In this document: piece by piece, positions 53,569 through 63,456 of the stretch
Position numbering within the stretch: the first letter of the stretch is position 1
Layout: every line of letters begins with the position of its first letter
Notes under the pieces: generated by a model
Seen by the model: only the letters and a program-made list of their open reading frames with translations
Databases searched by the model: none
Told to the model about the DNA's origin: nothing
IMG/VR virus record: IMGVR_UViG_3300025012_000003
Reading direction: 5' to 3' (one strand)
DNA: 64,000 nucleotides
Origin: a virus
Made by a program: the position numbers and the translations under genes

Positions 53569-53892
53569 TTAATCCTCCTCAGAATTTAATAACTCTACTA
53601 TGCTCGGTAAAAATATATCGTTAAATATTTTATTACTGGCTTTGTCTGTCATCCGTAATGATTTACTTTTAGGTATATAGTCATCACAGATATTTATTTC
53701 TATGTTTCCTTTAACTAAAGAAGCACTTATCTTCTTATACTTAGATAAATATAATCTATCTGTACCCTTACAAGCCTTCTTCATATTCTTCAAAATTATG
53801 TACAATAATAAGTGAACGTCTCTTTGATTTAAGTATATTCCTAATTCTGACAAATCTTTACATATACTTTCATGTAAATCTTTAGCTTTCAA
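53569..53892 (-). CDS. Hypothetical protein, possibly HU-like DNA-binding
   Basis: Weak resemblance to the HU helical N-term. Confidence 0.35.
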   Translation of the reverse strand: MKAKDLHESICKDLSELGIYLNQRDVHLLLYIILKNMKKACKGTDRLYLSKYKKISASLVKGNIEINICDDYIPKSKSLRMTDKASNKIFNDIFLPSIVELLNSEED

Positions 53893-53910
53893 GATTAAAA
53901 CCTCTTTTAA

Positions 53911-54312
53911 CTAATGGGGTCTAAAACAATCAGGATTTGCCATTTGTTTTATTTTAAGTAAATCTGCTAAGGTTCTAGCTCTCTGAGAAAAAGTATATAC
54001 ATGATTCTTATATTCCTCTAACATGGAATTAACTTCCTCATAGGCTTTCTTAGATTGAAGTTGTTCAGATACTGTACCTCCCTTTTTTACTTTATCCTTA
54101 ATGAGACTAGATAAGTTATATAGAATAGAAACAATATAACTAGCATTATATTGTAATTCTAAACTAACATTTATCCTACCCTCGTACTCCTTTATGGATA
54201 GATTCAAATTTTCTAAATCCTCTATGTTATCTGCTAACATAGTTTTAAATACATTTATACTATTACCTAGGTCTGTTCTTAACCTAGATATACCTTCCCA
54301 GCTCATTCGCAA
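53911..54312 (-). CDS. Coiled-coil hypothetical protein
   Basis: 133 aa helical. Confidence 0.6.
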   Translation of the reverse strand: MRMSWEGISRLRTDLGNSINVFKTMLADNIEDLENLNLSIKEYEGRINVSLELQYNASYIVSILYNLSSLIKDKVKKGGTVSEQLQSKKAYEEVNSMLEEYKNHVYTFSQRARTLADLLKIKQMANPDCFRPH

Positions 54313-54743
54313 ATCTCCTTCAAAAATTTAACCCTGCTTAAATCTTCTTCTCCTAAACCTTGGTAAGCAAGTATCAAGGAATAATATCTGTTCTTTAACT
54401 CTTTACTTCTAGTAGAAGATATTATAGATAATATAATTCCCACATCCAACTTAGATACGATAAGTAAATTATTTAGATTAAGACACTCCAAGTTATTCAT
54501 TATAAATTCTTTACTAAGACTGCCGTTGGTTGATACCCCATCCCAAGATATCTTATCTCTAAAACAATCTATAAACTTCTCAGGTAAGTTAGGTAAATAA
54601 GATATTTCTAACCAAGAGTGTTCCCCAAATTTATGCTCAACTTCTAGCAAAACATCTTCTTTGGATTGAATACCCAACATATAATTATTTATTAATGAAC
54701 TATACTTATTAGAAATATTTACTATGTTCACAATAAAACCCAT
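54303..54743 (-). CDS. Tryptophan-repeat-like protein
   Basis: WLEISYLPNLPEKFI / WDGVSTNGSLSKEFI repeats. Confidence 0.55.
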   Translation of the reverse strand: MGFIVNIVNISNKYSSLINNYMLGIQSKEDVLLEVEHKFGEHSWLEISYLPNLPEKFIDCFRDKISWDGVSTNGSLSKEFIMNNLECLNLNNLLIVSKLDVGIILSIISSTRSKELKNRYYSLILAYQGLGEEDLSRVKFLKEICE

Positions 54744-54754
54744 CCTTATAATAC

Positions 54755-54783
54755 ATTATATCATTAGTGTAAAGAAATGTCAA
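54755..54783 (-). promoter_or_regulatory. Consensus sigma70 promoter
   Basis: TTGACA-N17-TATAAT. Confidence 0.8.
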
Positions 54784-54790
54784 GTGTCCT

Positions 54791-56050
54791 CTAAAGTATC
54801 TGGGAATCAATAAATTCTCGAGTAATTATACAGTCGTCAGGTTTCTTGTCAATGCGGAAATTCCAATCAATAGCTCTACAGTGGGACATTCTATTATTCT
54901 TTGAGCTAAAGTCCTGACCCTCACAAGCTAATACTAATCCTAAGTATTCAGGATTTAGTGTGGGATTTCCATCATTATCTAATATTGTCATCTTTCTTCT
55001 TAAAGAATCTGTTATACCAGATATAGTTCCAATCCATTGTTCAGTTAATAATTCATCTTCTTCCTCAACATAACAAGAAACTTTAATGCCCCCTATTAGA
55101 TTCTGTACTGCTAATGCTGAATTCTTTTTAGGAAAGATAGAACCAGAAATAAAACAATCTATATCTTCATTTTTACTTCCTGTTAGGGTTCTCTTCATCT
55201 TAACTTGAACATGTCTCTTACGTGAAGTAGTAGCATAGTATTGTTCATTTAAATTCTTTAATACTAATCCTTCTCCGCCATTAGCTACTATCCTATCAAA
55301 GAACTCTTGTTTATTTATTATAGTACTTTCGGGTAATTCAAAAGGAGTTATCCCGTCAATTTTTTTCATAAAGCTAGTTAATAGTTGTCTGCGTTGTCTG
55401 AGTGTTTTAATCTTTAAGTCTTGATTATCAAACTCCAACATATCAAATACACAAAACTTTAAAGGATTACCATCCATCTGAATTTCTACTGCTCTCTCCG
55501 CATGGGAACCCAATATAGAAACAGTAGCATTAAGCTCTGTAGCAGAGAATGTTCCTCCCCTAGAAGTAGTATCAAGGGTTTTATTAAATACAAGAACTTC
55601 TGCATCCAGTATAAAAGATTGTTTGAACATTCCCCTATAACTCTGGGGAGTTCTAACTCTTCCATCTTTAGTTATTAATAATATCTTTTCCGTATAACAA
55701 TTAGGCAGGAAAGTTATATCTGATATATCCCTAGAGAAAAATTCAAATCCCCAATCTGGATGATAAGTTATGATACATCTTAATCCATCAATCTTGACTT
55801 CTCCTAACCAATCCTCGGATGTCAAGATATTTTTTTGTTCTTCTGGTTTAAGTTCCTTAAAAGAAAAACATAATTGAGGAGTATGTAATTCAAACAATCT
55901 TTTATACATACCCCATGTTTGAACTTTAGGATATTTATTATAATAATCTATTCCCAATATACGTTCTAATTCTTTATTAGTAGTCTTAGGATTAGATGGT
56001 ACGGGTATCCCCCGTACCTTGAAGTGCTGTAGTATTTCCTCCTTTTTCAT
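54791..56050 (-). CDS. ATP-dependent DNA ligase
   Basis: EVKIDG (motif I), LDAEV, FCVFDML, EGLVLK, VKMK. Confidence 0.9.
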   Translation of the reverse strand: MKKEEILQHFKVRGIPVPSNPKTTNKELERILGIDYYNKYPKVQTWGMYKRLFELHTPQLCFSFKELKPEEQKNILTSEDWLGEVKIDGLRCIITYHPDWGFEFFSRDISDITFLPNCYTEKILLITKDGRVRTPQSYRGMFKQSFILDAEVLVFNKTLDTTSRGGTFSATELNATVSILGSHAERAVEIQMDGNPLKFCVFDMLEFDNQDLKIKTLRQRRQLLTSFMKKIDGITPFELPESTIINKQEFFDRIVANGGEGLVLKNLNEQYYATTSRKRHVQVKMKRTLTGSKNEDIDCFISGSIFPKKNSALAVQNLIGGIKVSCYVEEEDELLTEQWIGTISGITDSLRRKMTILDNDGNPTLNPEYLGLVLACEGQDFSSKNNRMSHCRAIDWNFRIDKKPDDCIITREFIDSQIL

Positions 56051-56062
56051 AATCCCTCTCCG

Positions 56063-56872
56063 TTAATCTGGAGTATCTTCTTGTGAACTCTCTTCTGGAT
56101 TTATTAACTTATCGAGTTTCTTTTTAATACGTTTGTCTCGCTTAAGTTCTTTCTTTTCTTCTAGTTCCCTTTTTGTTTGTTCTTCTAAAGCTATTCTAGC
56201 TTCTTCTACTAAAGCTTCTTGTTCTCTTTGTTTCTTACTCTTTCTTTTCTTTTTTGGTTTATCTTCTTCTATCTCTTCGTCTTCTAAATCTTTTAAAGAA
56301 TCTGCCGTAACAGCATCCTCGTCGTTGGTCATGATATAAACATCTTCATTTACGGATACAACATATTTACTTGTTTTCTGAATAGCTTTAAGTATCTTTT
56401 CAGCGGGCGATAGTTTAGTATCTTGTAGAGATTCTAGGATAGCTTGAGAATGGTATTCCCCAGAACCTATGCAAACAAAATTATCAGCGGGTTCTAATAT
56501 AGATAGGTCTGCTTGAACCACAAATAACTTATTCTCTATGCCTACAATGAGTTCACTTCCCCCACCCATTACTTCTACACCATTCACATCTATAAGAAAC
56601 TTTTCTTGTCTTAGACAATTAAGAAGAGAATCGTAAAAAGAATTATAAACATACTCATAAATATCTTGGTCAACAAATCTGGGGACTACGGCTAACTTAT
56701 GAGTCAGTATCTGTATCATCCTAAAACTTCCACAGACTCCTATAATGAAATCTCCTACTTGAAAAACCTTTCTTGGATAGTTTATCTTAGTACCAGTAAA
56801 ACTATTAGAACCAAAACTATCAGTTCCTAAATAAACATATTCCTCAGTTTTTATCCCAACTATACAAGTCAT
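56063..56872 (-). CDS. HslV/proteasome-type Ntn threonine protease
   Basis: N-terminal (M)TCIVG...LGTDS, IGSG; charged C-terminal extension. Confidence 0.8.
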   Translation of the reverse strand: MTCIVGIKTEEYVYLGTDSFGSNSFTGTKINYPRKVFQVGDFIIGVCGSFRMIQILTHKLAVVPRFVDQDIYEYVYNSFYDSLLNCLRQEKFLIDVNGVEVMGGGSELIVGIENKLFVVQADLSILEPADNFVCIGSGEYHSQAILESLQDTKLSPAEKILKAIQKTSKYVVSVNEDVYIMTNDEDAVTADSLKDLEDEEIEEDKPKKKRKSKKQREQEALVEEARIALEEQTKRELEEKKELKRDKRIKKKLDKLINPEESSQEDTPD

Positions 56873-57456
56873 GAAAAATCCCCCACTGAACTATTATAAC
56901 CTACAATCTTATTGAAAACATCAAATAGATTTTTAATATTCTCTGTCTTAGATTCTATATCTTTTGAATCATAGTATAACGAAAACTTTTTACATAGGGT
57001 AGCAAACTTATAATCTACATAAGAATCCCTAGTAGAATTCTCTATCAAAGGAGCTATATAAAGTAAATCATACCCTCCAAATTTAATATAGTTATATAAA
57101 TTATACTCTGTATATAGTTTTATAAAATTATTAATAAACTCTAAATCAAATTTAATATTATGTCCCACTACGGTCAATTTATCTTTTCCCTTATTAGTAA
57201 CTTCTTTAAGAGTTGAGATAAAATTATAGCAAGCCTCCTCTGGATTTCCATAACCCCTAAGAGTATCTATGTCTAACCCATTAAAATCTAAAGCTTCCTT
57301 AGCTATAGTGGAAGGAAGTCTTCCCCGTCTAGGTTTAACATGAAATGTATTCTGGTCTACTATAGCATTATTATGTTCTATTCTATAAGATAATTTTATT
57401 ATATCATCATATTCAGGATTTAACCCAGTAGTAGCCGTGGATAAAAACAGATACAT
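56869..57456 (-). CDS. DEDD (DnaQ-like) exonuclease fold, catalytic residues degenerate
   Basis: LSTATTGL replaces LDTETTGL; VGHNIKFD retained. Confidence 0.75.
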   Translation of the reverse strand: MYLFLSTATTGLNPEYDDIIKLSYRIEHNNAIVDQNTFHVKPRRGRLPSTIAKEALDFNGLDIDTLRGYGNPEEACYNFISTLKEVTNKGKDKLTVVGHNIKFDLEFINNFIKLYTEYNLYNYIKFGGYDLLYIAPLIENSTRDSYVDYKFATLCKKFSLYYDSKDIESKTENIKNLFDVFNKIVGYNSSVGDFS

Positions 57457-57484
57457 CCCTTCTCCTTTATATCATTCTTAATCC

Positions 57485-57513
57485 ATTATATCACAACATA
57501 GGTGATATGTCAA
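57485..57513 (-). promoter_or_regulatory. Consensus sigma70 promoter
   Basis: TTGACA-N17-TATAAT. Confidence 0.8.
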
Positions 57514-57519
57514 TCTAAA

Positions 57520-58857
57520 TTATACAACAATTTTAATTATGGTCTTATTAGAACAAAGTTTATCATGGCTCTTAGCATTATAAGCTTCTATCTCTGTAGT
57601 AACATCATAGCCTACAACATCTTCGTAATTTTGCAAGTCCACCTTAATTATATCTCTATTCTTATTCTTATAAAAGATTCCTATATTCTGAGAAGCTCTT
57701 CCCGATAATTGTAACCCCCTGTCAGAATAAGCGTTTTGACCACACATACTAGCTGACCTACTATAATTATCGGATACACAAGCTTCGTGTAAATGTCCAC
57801 TAAGTACATAGTCTATAAAAATTCCATCGTAAGCATACTTGGCTACAGCCTTCTTAATTCCATTAGCTAAGTCTGATTTAAATTGGTGCCCGTGAATTAA
57901 TAGAACGTTATTTCCAGCAACATCTATAACTTGTTCTAGGGGGTCTTCTAAATGGAAAGACACTGAAGAAGAACCCATGAATCTAGCATTTAACATATTG
58001 TACAACATTAAGTCATAGTTGTCTGAAGCTATAATATCTGTCCATGCAATATCTTTAGCCATACGAGTTTCATTACCTGTTACTCCACAAAAAGTAATCT
58101 TAAAATCCTTATTCAAGTCAAGTATGAACTGTGATAATAAACTTGTAGCAAGTAAGCAAGCTTTCATTCTATTAGTAGCATTGTTCAATAGTTTATCAAG
58201 AATATCATCTTTGTTAAGTAAATCCCCAGTAGAACAGATAGCAACACTCTTAATACCGTTTAATTTAAAATAACTAACTGCTCTTTCTGCTAACAACTTC
58301 AATCTCTTAGAAGCAATATGAAAGTCATATTTGTTATTTTTTAAATTAATTAACTCGTTGAAATGCAAATCAGATAGTTGAATGATACCCATACAATCAG
58401 AACTTACATTGGTATGTTTAATAGTTTTCTCAGATAACTTAATACTTTTTAATAACTGTATTAATTCTAAGTTAGATTCCTCTAACGCATTAGTTAATCT
58501 ATCCTCGTGTCTAATCCCCTTACGTTCTATTCTATTAATGTCTTGAAGTTTTTGAACCTTACGTCTTAATTGTATATTAGCAATTAAAACATCTTCATCT
58601 ACTTCCTTCTCTATGTCTTCTTTTAATTCTTGTTGTTTTTTCTTAGATAAATCAGAGGGGTATATTCCAGACTTAGATAATTCTAAAACTAACTTATCTC
58701 TGTATTCAGAACTAAAGAACATGTTAATATCATTAGTCGTATACTCATTAGATATCTCTCTTATCCTTTTTCTCCAGTAACTTCTTCCCCTGTATTTACC
58801 TTCTGAGATACACCCTTGATACAATAACTCAAAAAGATTTTCAAATTTTTCCATCAT
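57520..58857 (-). CDS. Calcineurin-like metallophosphoesterase with N-terminal helical region
   Basis: SDLH, TGD, GNE, IHGH, SGHLH. Confidence 0.8.
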   Translation of the reverse strand: MMEKFENLFELLYQGCISEGKYRGRSYWRKRIREISNEYTTNDINMFFSSEYRDKLVLELSKSGIYPSDLSKKKQQELKEDIEKEVDEDVLIANIQLRRKVQKLQDINRIERKGIRHEDRLTNALEESNLELIQLLKSIKLSEKTIKHTNVSSDCMGIIQLSDLHFNELINLKNNKYDFHIASKRLKLLAERAVSYFKLNGIKSVAICSTGDLLNKDDILDKLLNNATNRMKACLLATSLLSQFILDLNKDFKITFCGVTGNETRMAKDIAWTDIIASDNYDLMLYNMLNARFMGSSSVSFHLEDPLEQVIDVAGNNVLLIHGHQFKSDLANGIKKAVAKYAYDGIFIDYVLSGHLHEACVSDNYSRSASMCGQNAYSDRGLQLSGRASQNIGIFYKNKNRDIIKVDLQNYEDVVGYDVTTEIEAYNAKSHDKLCSNKTIIKIVV

Positions 58858-58898
58858 CTTCCCTCTTCTATTTTATCTATATATAATATAACTTAAGA

Positions 58899-61403
58899 TT
58901 AAGAATGTCGTTTAGGAATTAGTCTAGTTCTATTCTCGTCTTCCCATTTAAAAGCAAATAGATGTCCCAGACTATCCCCCACCTCTATAGAACAATCTAT
59001 AGGTATCGGGAAGTTAGGAGGATTGAATATCATTAAATCTTCAATCACTTTAGCCCACTGTGTAAATCTTTTCTTATTAATTCTGTAATTACATTCATCA
59101 TGCACTGAAGATACGTAAGCTACTTCACTTGAGTATTTAGGATTAAGGAATATCTTATTAGCTAAATTTACTAACAACTGTCTCATGATGGAGCTACCAG
59201 AGCCTTGAATCTTGTGAGAAGCTATTGTCCTAACCCCAAAATTATAAGTCCCTCTATCATCAGAAGTTAGATAGTGCTTAACTCTTCTAGGTCTTCCAAA
59301 CATATCAACTACCGTAAAGTTAGTTTCTTTCTCAGCTTTGTTTAGTTCTAAATCTTTCCATATCTTTAAAGTTATGTTAGCATTCCACCATTTGTTATAT
59401 AGTTCTTGAGATTCCTCTTCCGTCATGGGGACTCCCATCTGTTCAGCTACTGCCTTCAGTACTGGGGGAGACCCTCCATACAATAAACCAAAGTTAGCTA
59501 CCTTAGCTGCTTTTCTTTTCTCCTTATCATAGTTTTCTTCCCCAAACAGTTTCTTAGCCATCTCTGTATGAACATCTCTACCTTCTTTGAAGGGTTCCAC
59601 AAAGTTAGGCTCCCCACTGATAACACCAGCTAATTTAAGTTCCTGTGCTGAATAATCCACCGACAGTATCAGTTCTTCGTCGTTCTTGACTCTAATAGCT
59701 TTTCTCACATTTAAGTCTGGGCTTAACCCCTCCACAAAATATTTATTAGGATTCTGGGATACATATTCTTTAACATCGTCTGGTTTACCAACTAACTTAA
59801 ACTCGTATCCTAATATGCCTTGATAATCATTATCTAACTTAATAGCTTCATATATAGCTGGTTTAGGTTTAGTTAGGTTCTGTATATTTAAATTTATAAA
59901 ATAATCGTTATCTTCAGCTTTAGATTTTCCTCCCGTTCCAGAAGCCAATCTCCCAGAAGCAGTATCAAATAACTTATAATTAATTCTGCATATCCCTATA
60001 TTAGGATTATCTGGAAGTGAATCACATTTAGACAACTTATCTATATAGGAATTCAACTGCTTCTCCAAAGAACTCAGTTCTATTAATTCCTTAACTATAG
60101 GATGCTGACTAGCTACCTGTAACAGGGCATCCTTGGCTGTACTCATACAACCAGTTTCAGTCCTAACTCCTGTATCTATCCCCAGAGACATTAAGGCTGC
60201 TGGTAATTCCTTAGTCCTAGAACGAATGTTAAAAGGATACCCCACTGTCTGAAAGATACTCATCTCTAATTCTTCTATCCTTTTTAAGATAGTATCTTTA
60301 TATTCACTCATAACAAGTTTATCTATATACAAAGGATTTTCTACATAGTAATCAGCAAATGCCTTGACAAGTTTATTATCTAAGGATAATATTTTCTCAC
60401 AACCTTCTCTCTTTAAGGTTGGATAGAGAACCTGAAATAACCCAAAGGTATTTCCCGTGTCAGCAGAAGCATAAAAAGCACAAGAAGAGGGGTCAACATC
60501 TTTAAGAGTTTTATTAGTGCCTAATACTTCTTTAAACTTGGTAGCTCGTCTTCCTAAGAAATGTTCAGTTGCTGGTTTCAACCCCATCATGCCTTTAGCA
60601 TTAGTATCAGAATTATAAGTCAATACCATAGTATCGAATATATTTATCTTTGAGGTCTCATAACCTTCTTTCTTCAGCATCGTCATATCAAACGTAGCGT
60701 TGTGGCATAATGTTAATTTAGATTTACACAGGGCATCATAGATTATATCTAAACAATTCTTAGGATTTAGGTTCTTTTCGCTCTCCTGATATTTCTTAAC
60801 TTTAATCTTTTTCATGGAAGGTTCTAATGTATAAAAATTCTCTTGAATAATCTTAAGAGACTCTGGGAAGTGTTCTTCTAAGTCAAGAGGATAGATACAA
60901 GTAGCTTCCTCTATCTTCTCCTTTATTATTTCTATATAGTCTTTGTCAAAAGACTTAGCTTCCATTAAGGATTCTAAAAATATATTAGGATAATCTATTA
61001 CACTATCATCGTCTGGAGAAAATCCTTCAATGCTTTCATTAGCCTTGATTAATTTTTTAAGAATCTTATCCTGAGTAGGTTTCTTAAAATGAATTAATCC
61101 AGTATCTTCATACCTCTTCTCTTCTTTACCTTCTTCGTCCCACGAAAGAACATGTCTAATAGGAATATAATATCCAGACCAAGCATCAAAACTAAAGGAG
61201 AATCCTATCATCTCATTTCTTCTATAGTCTAATCCATCCGTTTCACAGTCATAAGCCATCACTCTTCCAGTACAATCTCCCAACAAATCTTTTAGTTCTT
61301 GTTCTGATTCTATTAACTTATATTTAAATTTGTCTTCCCAATTAAAATCTAATGGCACTGGGTCAAAATAATGTTTATAATCTATCTTATTACTTATTGA
61401 CAT
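58899..61403 (-). CDS. polA: Family A DNA polymerase with 3'-5' exonuclease
   Basis: DCETDG, HNATFD, TASGRLAS, NIQNL, DYSAQEL, KAAKVANFGLLYG, VHDE. Confidence 0.95.
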   Translation of the reverse strand: MSISNKIDYKHYFDPVPLDFNWEDKFKYKLIESEQELKDLLGDCTGRVMAYDCETDGLDYRRNEMIGFSFSFDAWSGYYIPIRHVLSWDEEGKEEKRYEDTGLIHFKKPTQDKILKKLIKANESIEGFSPDDDSVIDYPNIFLESLMEAKSFDKDYIEIIKEKIEEATCIYPLDLEEHFPESLKIIQENFYTLEPSMKKIKVKKYQESEKNLNPKNCLDIIYDALCKSKLTLCHNATFDMTMLKKEGYETSKINIFDTMVLTYNSDTNAKGMMGLKPATEHFLGRRATKFKEVLGTNKTLKDVDPSSCAFYASADTGNTFGLFQVLYPTLKREGCEKILSLDNKLVKAFADYYVENPLYIDKLVMSEYKDTILKRIEELEMSIFQTVGYPFNIRSRTKELPAALMSLGIDTGVRTETGCMSTAKDALLQVASQHPIVKELIELSSLEKQLNSYIDKLSKCDSLPDNPNIGICRINYKLFDTASGRLASGTGGKSKAEDNDYFINLNIQNLTKPKPAIYEAIKLDNDYQGILGYEFKLVGKPDDVKEYVSQNPNKYFVEGLSPDLNVRKAIRVKNDEELILSVDYSAQELKLAGVISGEPNFVEPFKEGRDVHTEMAKKLFGEENYDKEKRKAAKVANFGLLYGGSPPVLKAVAEQMGVPMTEEESQELYNKWWNANITLKIWKDLELNKAEKETNFTVVDMFGRPRRVKHYLTSDDRGTYNFGVRTIASHKIQGSGSSIMRQLLVNLANKIFLNPKYSSEVAYVSSVHDECNYRINKKRFTQWAKVIEDLMIFNPPNFPIPIDCSIEVGDSLGHLFAFKWEDENRTRLIPKRHS

Positions 61404-61418
61404 GAATTATATTCCTCC

Positions 61419-61868
61419 TCAATTAACTTCATCTAATTTATAACCATGATATAAATTATCTAAAAATACATCTATCCGTTCAAAACTATCTACCCAAGTA
61501 TTATTTACTTTTAAGACTATCTCCTCATCTCGTAGTCCATTATTTTTTAACAGTCCTAAGTCCTTTATAAGTTTACTATAATCTTTTATCTCCTTATCCG
61601 AAAAATTATCTTTCAAGTATTTACAAGGATTTATATTTAATTTTAACTTTAGATAATCATAGGAAGTAAAAAATCTATGTTCCCCCCAACAATGTAATCT
61701 TATTATACCGTCATCATCAAAATAAAATCTAGCAGATTTAGATTTACTGTATCTAGGGTCTTCGTGAAAAGGACAAAAAACATTTCCATATCCCACATCT
61801 ACCAAAGAATCAAAAGGAACCAACTTCTCTATGAGTACCCTAACCTCTCTCTCACTTAGATTCGTCAT
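61419..61868 (-). CDS. Stand-alone CHC2 zinc finger (primase Zn-binding-like) protein
   Basis: CPFHED...S...HCWG. Confidence 0.7.
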   Translation of the reverse strand: MTNLSEREVRVLIEKLVPFDSLVDVGYGNVFCPFHEDPRYSKSKSARFYFDDDGIIRLHCWGEHRFFTSYDYLKLKLNINPCKYLKDNFSDKEIKDYSKLIKDLGLLKNNGLRDEEIVLKVNNTWVDSFERIDVFLDNLYHGYKLDEVN

Positions 61869-63444
61869 TAGATTCTCCCATTAAATCATCTAATGTTATA
61901 ATGTCTTCTATGTTTGGAAGAACTACATCCTCAGTCTTAGAGGATTCTTCAGTCTGGGTAACATCTAAAGTAGTATTATCCATATCTATGGCAATATCCT
62001 CTATATCTCCAATAACAAAGTCATCCGCTAAAGAACCTATATCTTGGGTTGAAGTTATAACATTGTTATTGAACGAGGGAGATAGAACAGAACAAGTACT
62101 AAAGTTACTCCCCTGAGTACCAAAGACAAAGAACTCTGGCATAATAGGAGAAGGTATGGGCTTGTCGGGAGATTCAAAATCCCTATTTTTTACTATATGT
62201 ATATTTACTATCTTGGCATTTCTCATGGCGGTGGTACAATGAAATATCATAGCAGTCATCGCAGTTCTTCCTAAAGCGTTGGCTTCAGCAAAGTAGGTAG
62301 AAGATGCTAGTTTAGTGTTAGAGGAAGGAGTTCCACTCTTCTCCGCTTTCTCTACGATAGCCTCCAACTTATCTATAGCCTCTGTTTTTAGCTGGGCTAA
62401 CAGTACTACTATCAAATTATGCTTTACTGCTATCTCTTGTAGAGTATCCACATAATAATTTAAAGCTTGGTACTGGTCTAATTTTAATTTCGGAGGTATC
62501 TTATTCTTAAAAAGATTTAAATAATCTACATAGACTAAATCTAAACCACCCATCTCGTCTCTCATTCTAAGTATGAAAGCTTCTATGTATTCCATAGAGT
62601 ATTCTTCTAAGTCATTAACCCCAGCTATCCTCAAATCCCCTTTACAAGTTTGAAGAAAATTATCTTTTACTTCTTTAAACTTTTCCTTGGAGTCTTCTAA
62701 CAGTAAAGTCTTTTTCAAATCTACTGCTGGTATAGCTCCTTGTTTCCCATACATCTCGTATGAATGTCTTGACACAATATTATATAAAACATTTCTAGGA
62801 ACAACCTCTAGGGTTATAAATAAAACTTTCTTACCTTCTCTATAAGCAGCGGTGTAGGCTGTGGATATAGCAAACGTAGTTTTAAAAGATTGGGGAGGAG
62901 CACCTATTACATTAAGAGTGCCGTAGTCCAGCCCTTTTAAGTAATGGTCCACTTCGGGGATACCTATCATAACTCCTCTTGGCATTAACTCTTGACGTTC
63001 ATATACGTCAAAGATGTCCTCCATACCAAGAAGTTTTGGTTTAGTTACATCCACATCCTGTCTAAGTATATCTCTTACTTTAGATATATCATTCTTATCG
63101 ATAGCGTTTTTTACTTCGCTAATCTGTTTATGTCTTATTAGCTCCTTCTTAAGTTTTATAACAATGTCTAAGCTAAAAGGACAATCCTTCTTATGAACTA
63201 ATATATTATGTAAAGATATGATATAATTTATATCAGGAAATCTTTTATTGTCCGCATAAAACTTTTTACAATCCTGAAGTACCTTAGAGTATAATTTAAT
63301 CCCGTCTGGGCTAAATTCTATTAATTCTATCAATTCATCTATAGATGAGATATCTGTTATCTTATCTAAATGATTTAATAGTATAATAATATAATCGCTT
63401 AGTTCTTCCGAATCCATTGGATTTACTAATTCATTATTAGCCAA
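61852..63444 (-). CDS. dnaB: DnaB-like replicative helicase
   Basis: IGAPPQSFKTT Walker A variant, FITLEV, VYVDYL, LLAQL. Confidence 0.85.
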   Translation of the reverse strand: MANNELVNPMDSEELSDYIIILLNHLDKITDISSIDELIELIEFSPDGIKLYSKVLQDCKKFYADNKRFPDINYIISLHNILVHKKDCPFSLDIVIKLKKELIRHKQISEVKNAIDKNDISKVRDILRQDVDVTKPKLLGMEDIFDVYERQELMPRGVMIGIPEVDHYLKGLDYGTLNVIGAPPQSFKTTFAISTAYTAAYREGKKVLFITLEVVPRNVLYNIVSRHSYEMYGKQGAIPAVDLKKTLLLEDSKEKFKEVKDNFLQTCKGDLRIAGVNDLEEYSMEYIEAFILRMRDEMGGLDLVYVDYLNLFKNKIPPKLKLDQYQALNYYVDTLQEIAVKHNLIVVLLAQLKTEAIDKLEAIVEKAEKSGTPSSNTKLASSTYFAEANALGRTAMTAMIFHCTTAMRNAKIVNIHIVKNRDFESPDKPIPSPIMPEFFVFGTQGSNFSTCSVLSPSFNNNVITSTQDIGSLADDFVIGDIEDIAIDMDNTTLDVTQTEESSKTEDVVLPNIEDIITLDDLMGESNDESK

Positions 63445-63456
63445 AACTTTTCCCCT

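Noticed and set aside
58899-61403. Intein or group I intron in the polymerase insertions
   Set aside because: No C/S...HN splice-junction or LAGLIDADG motifs, and the reading frame is continuous.
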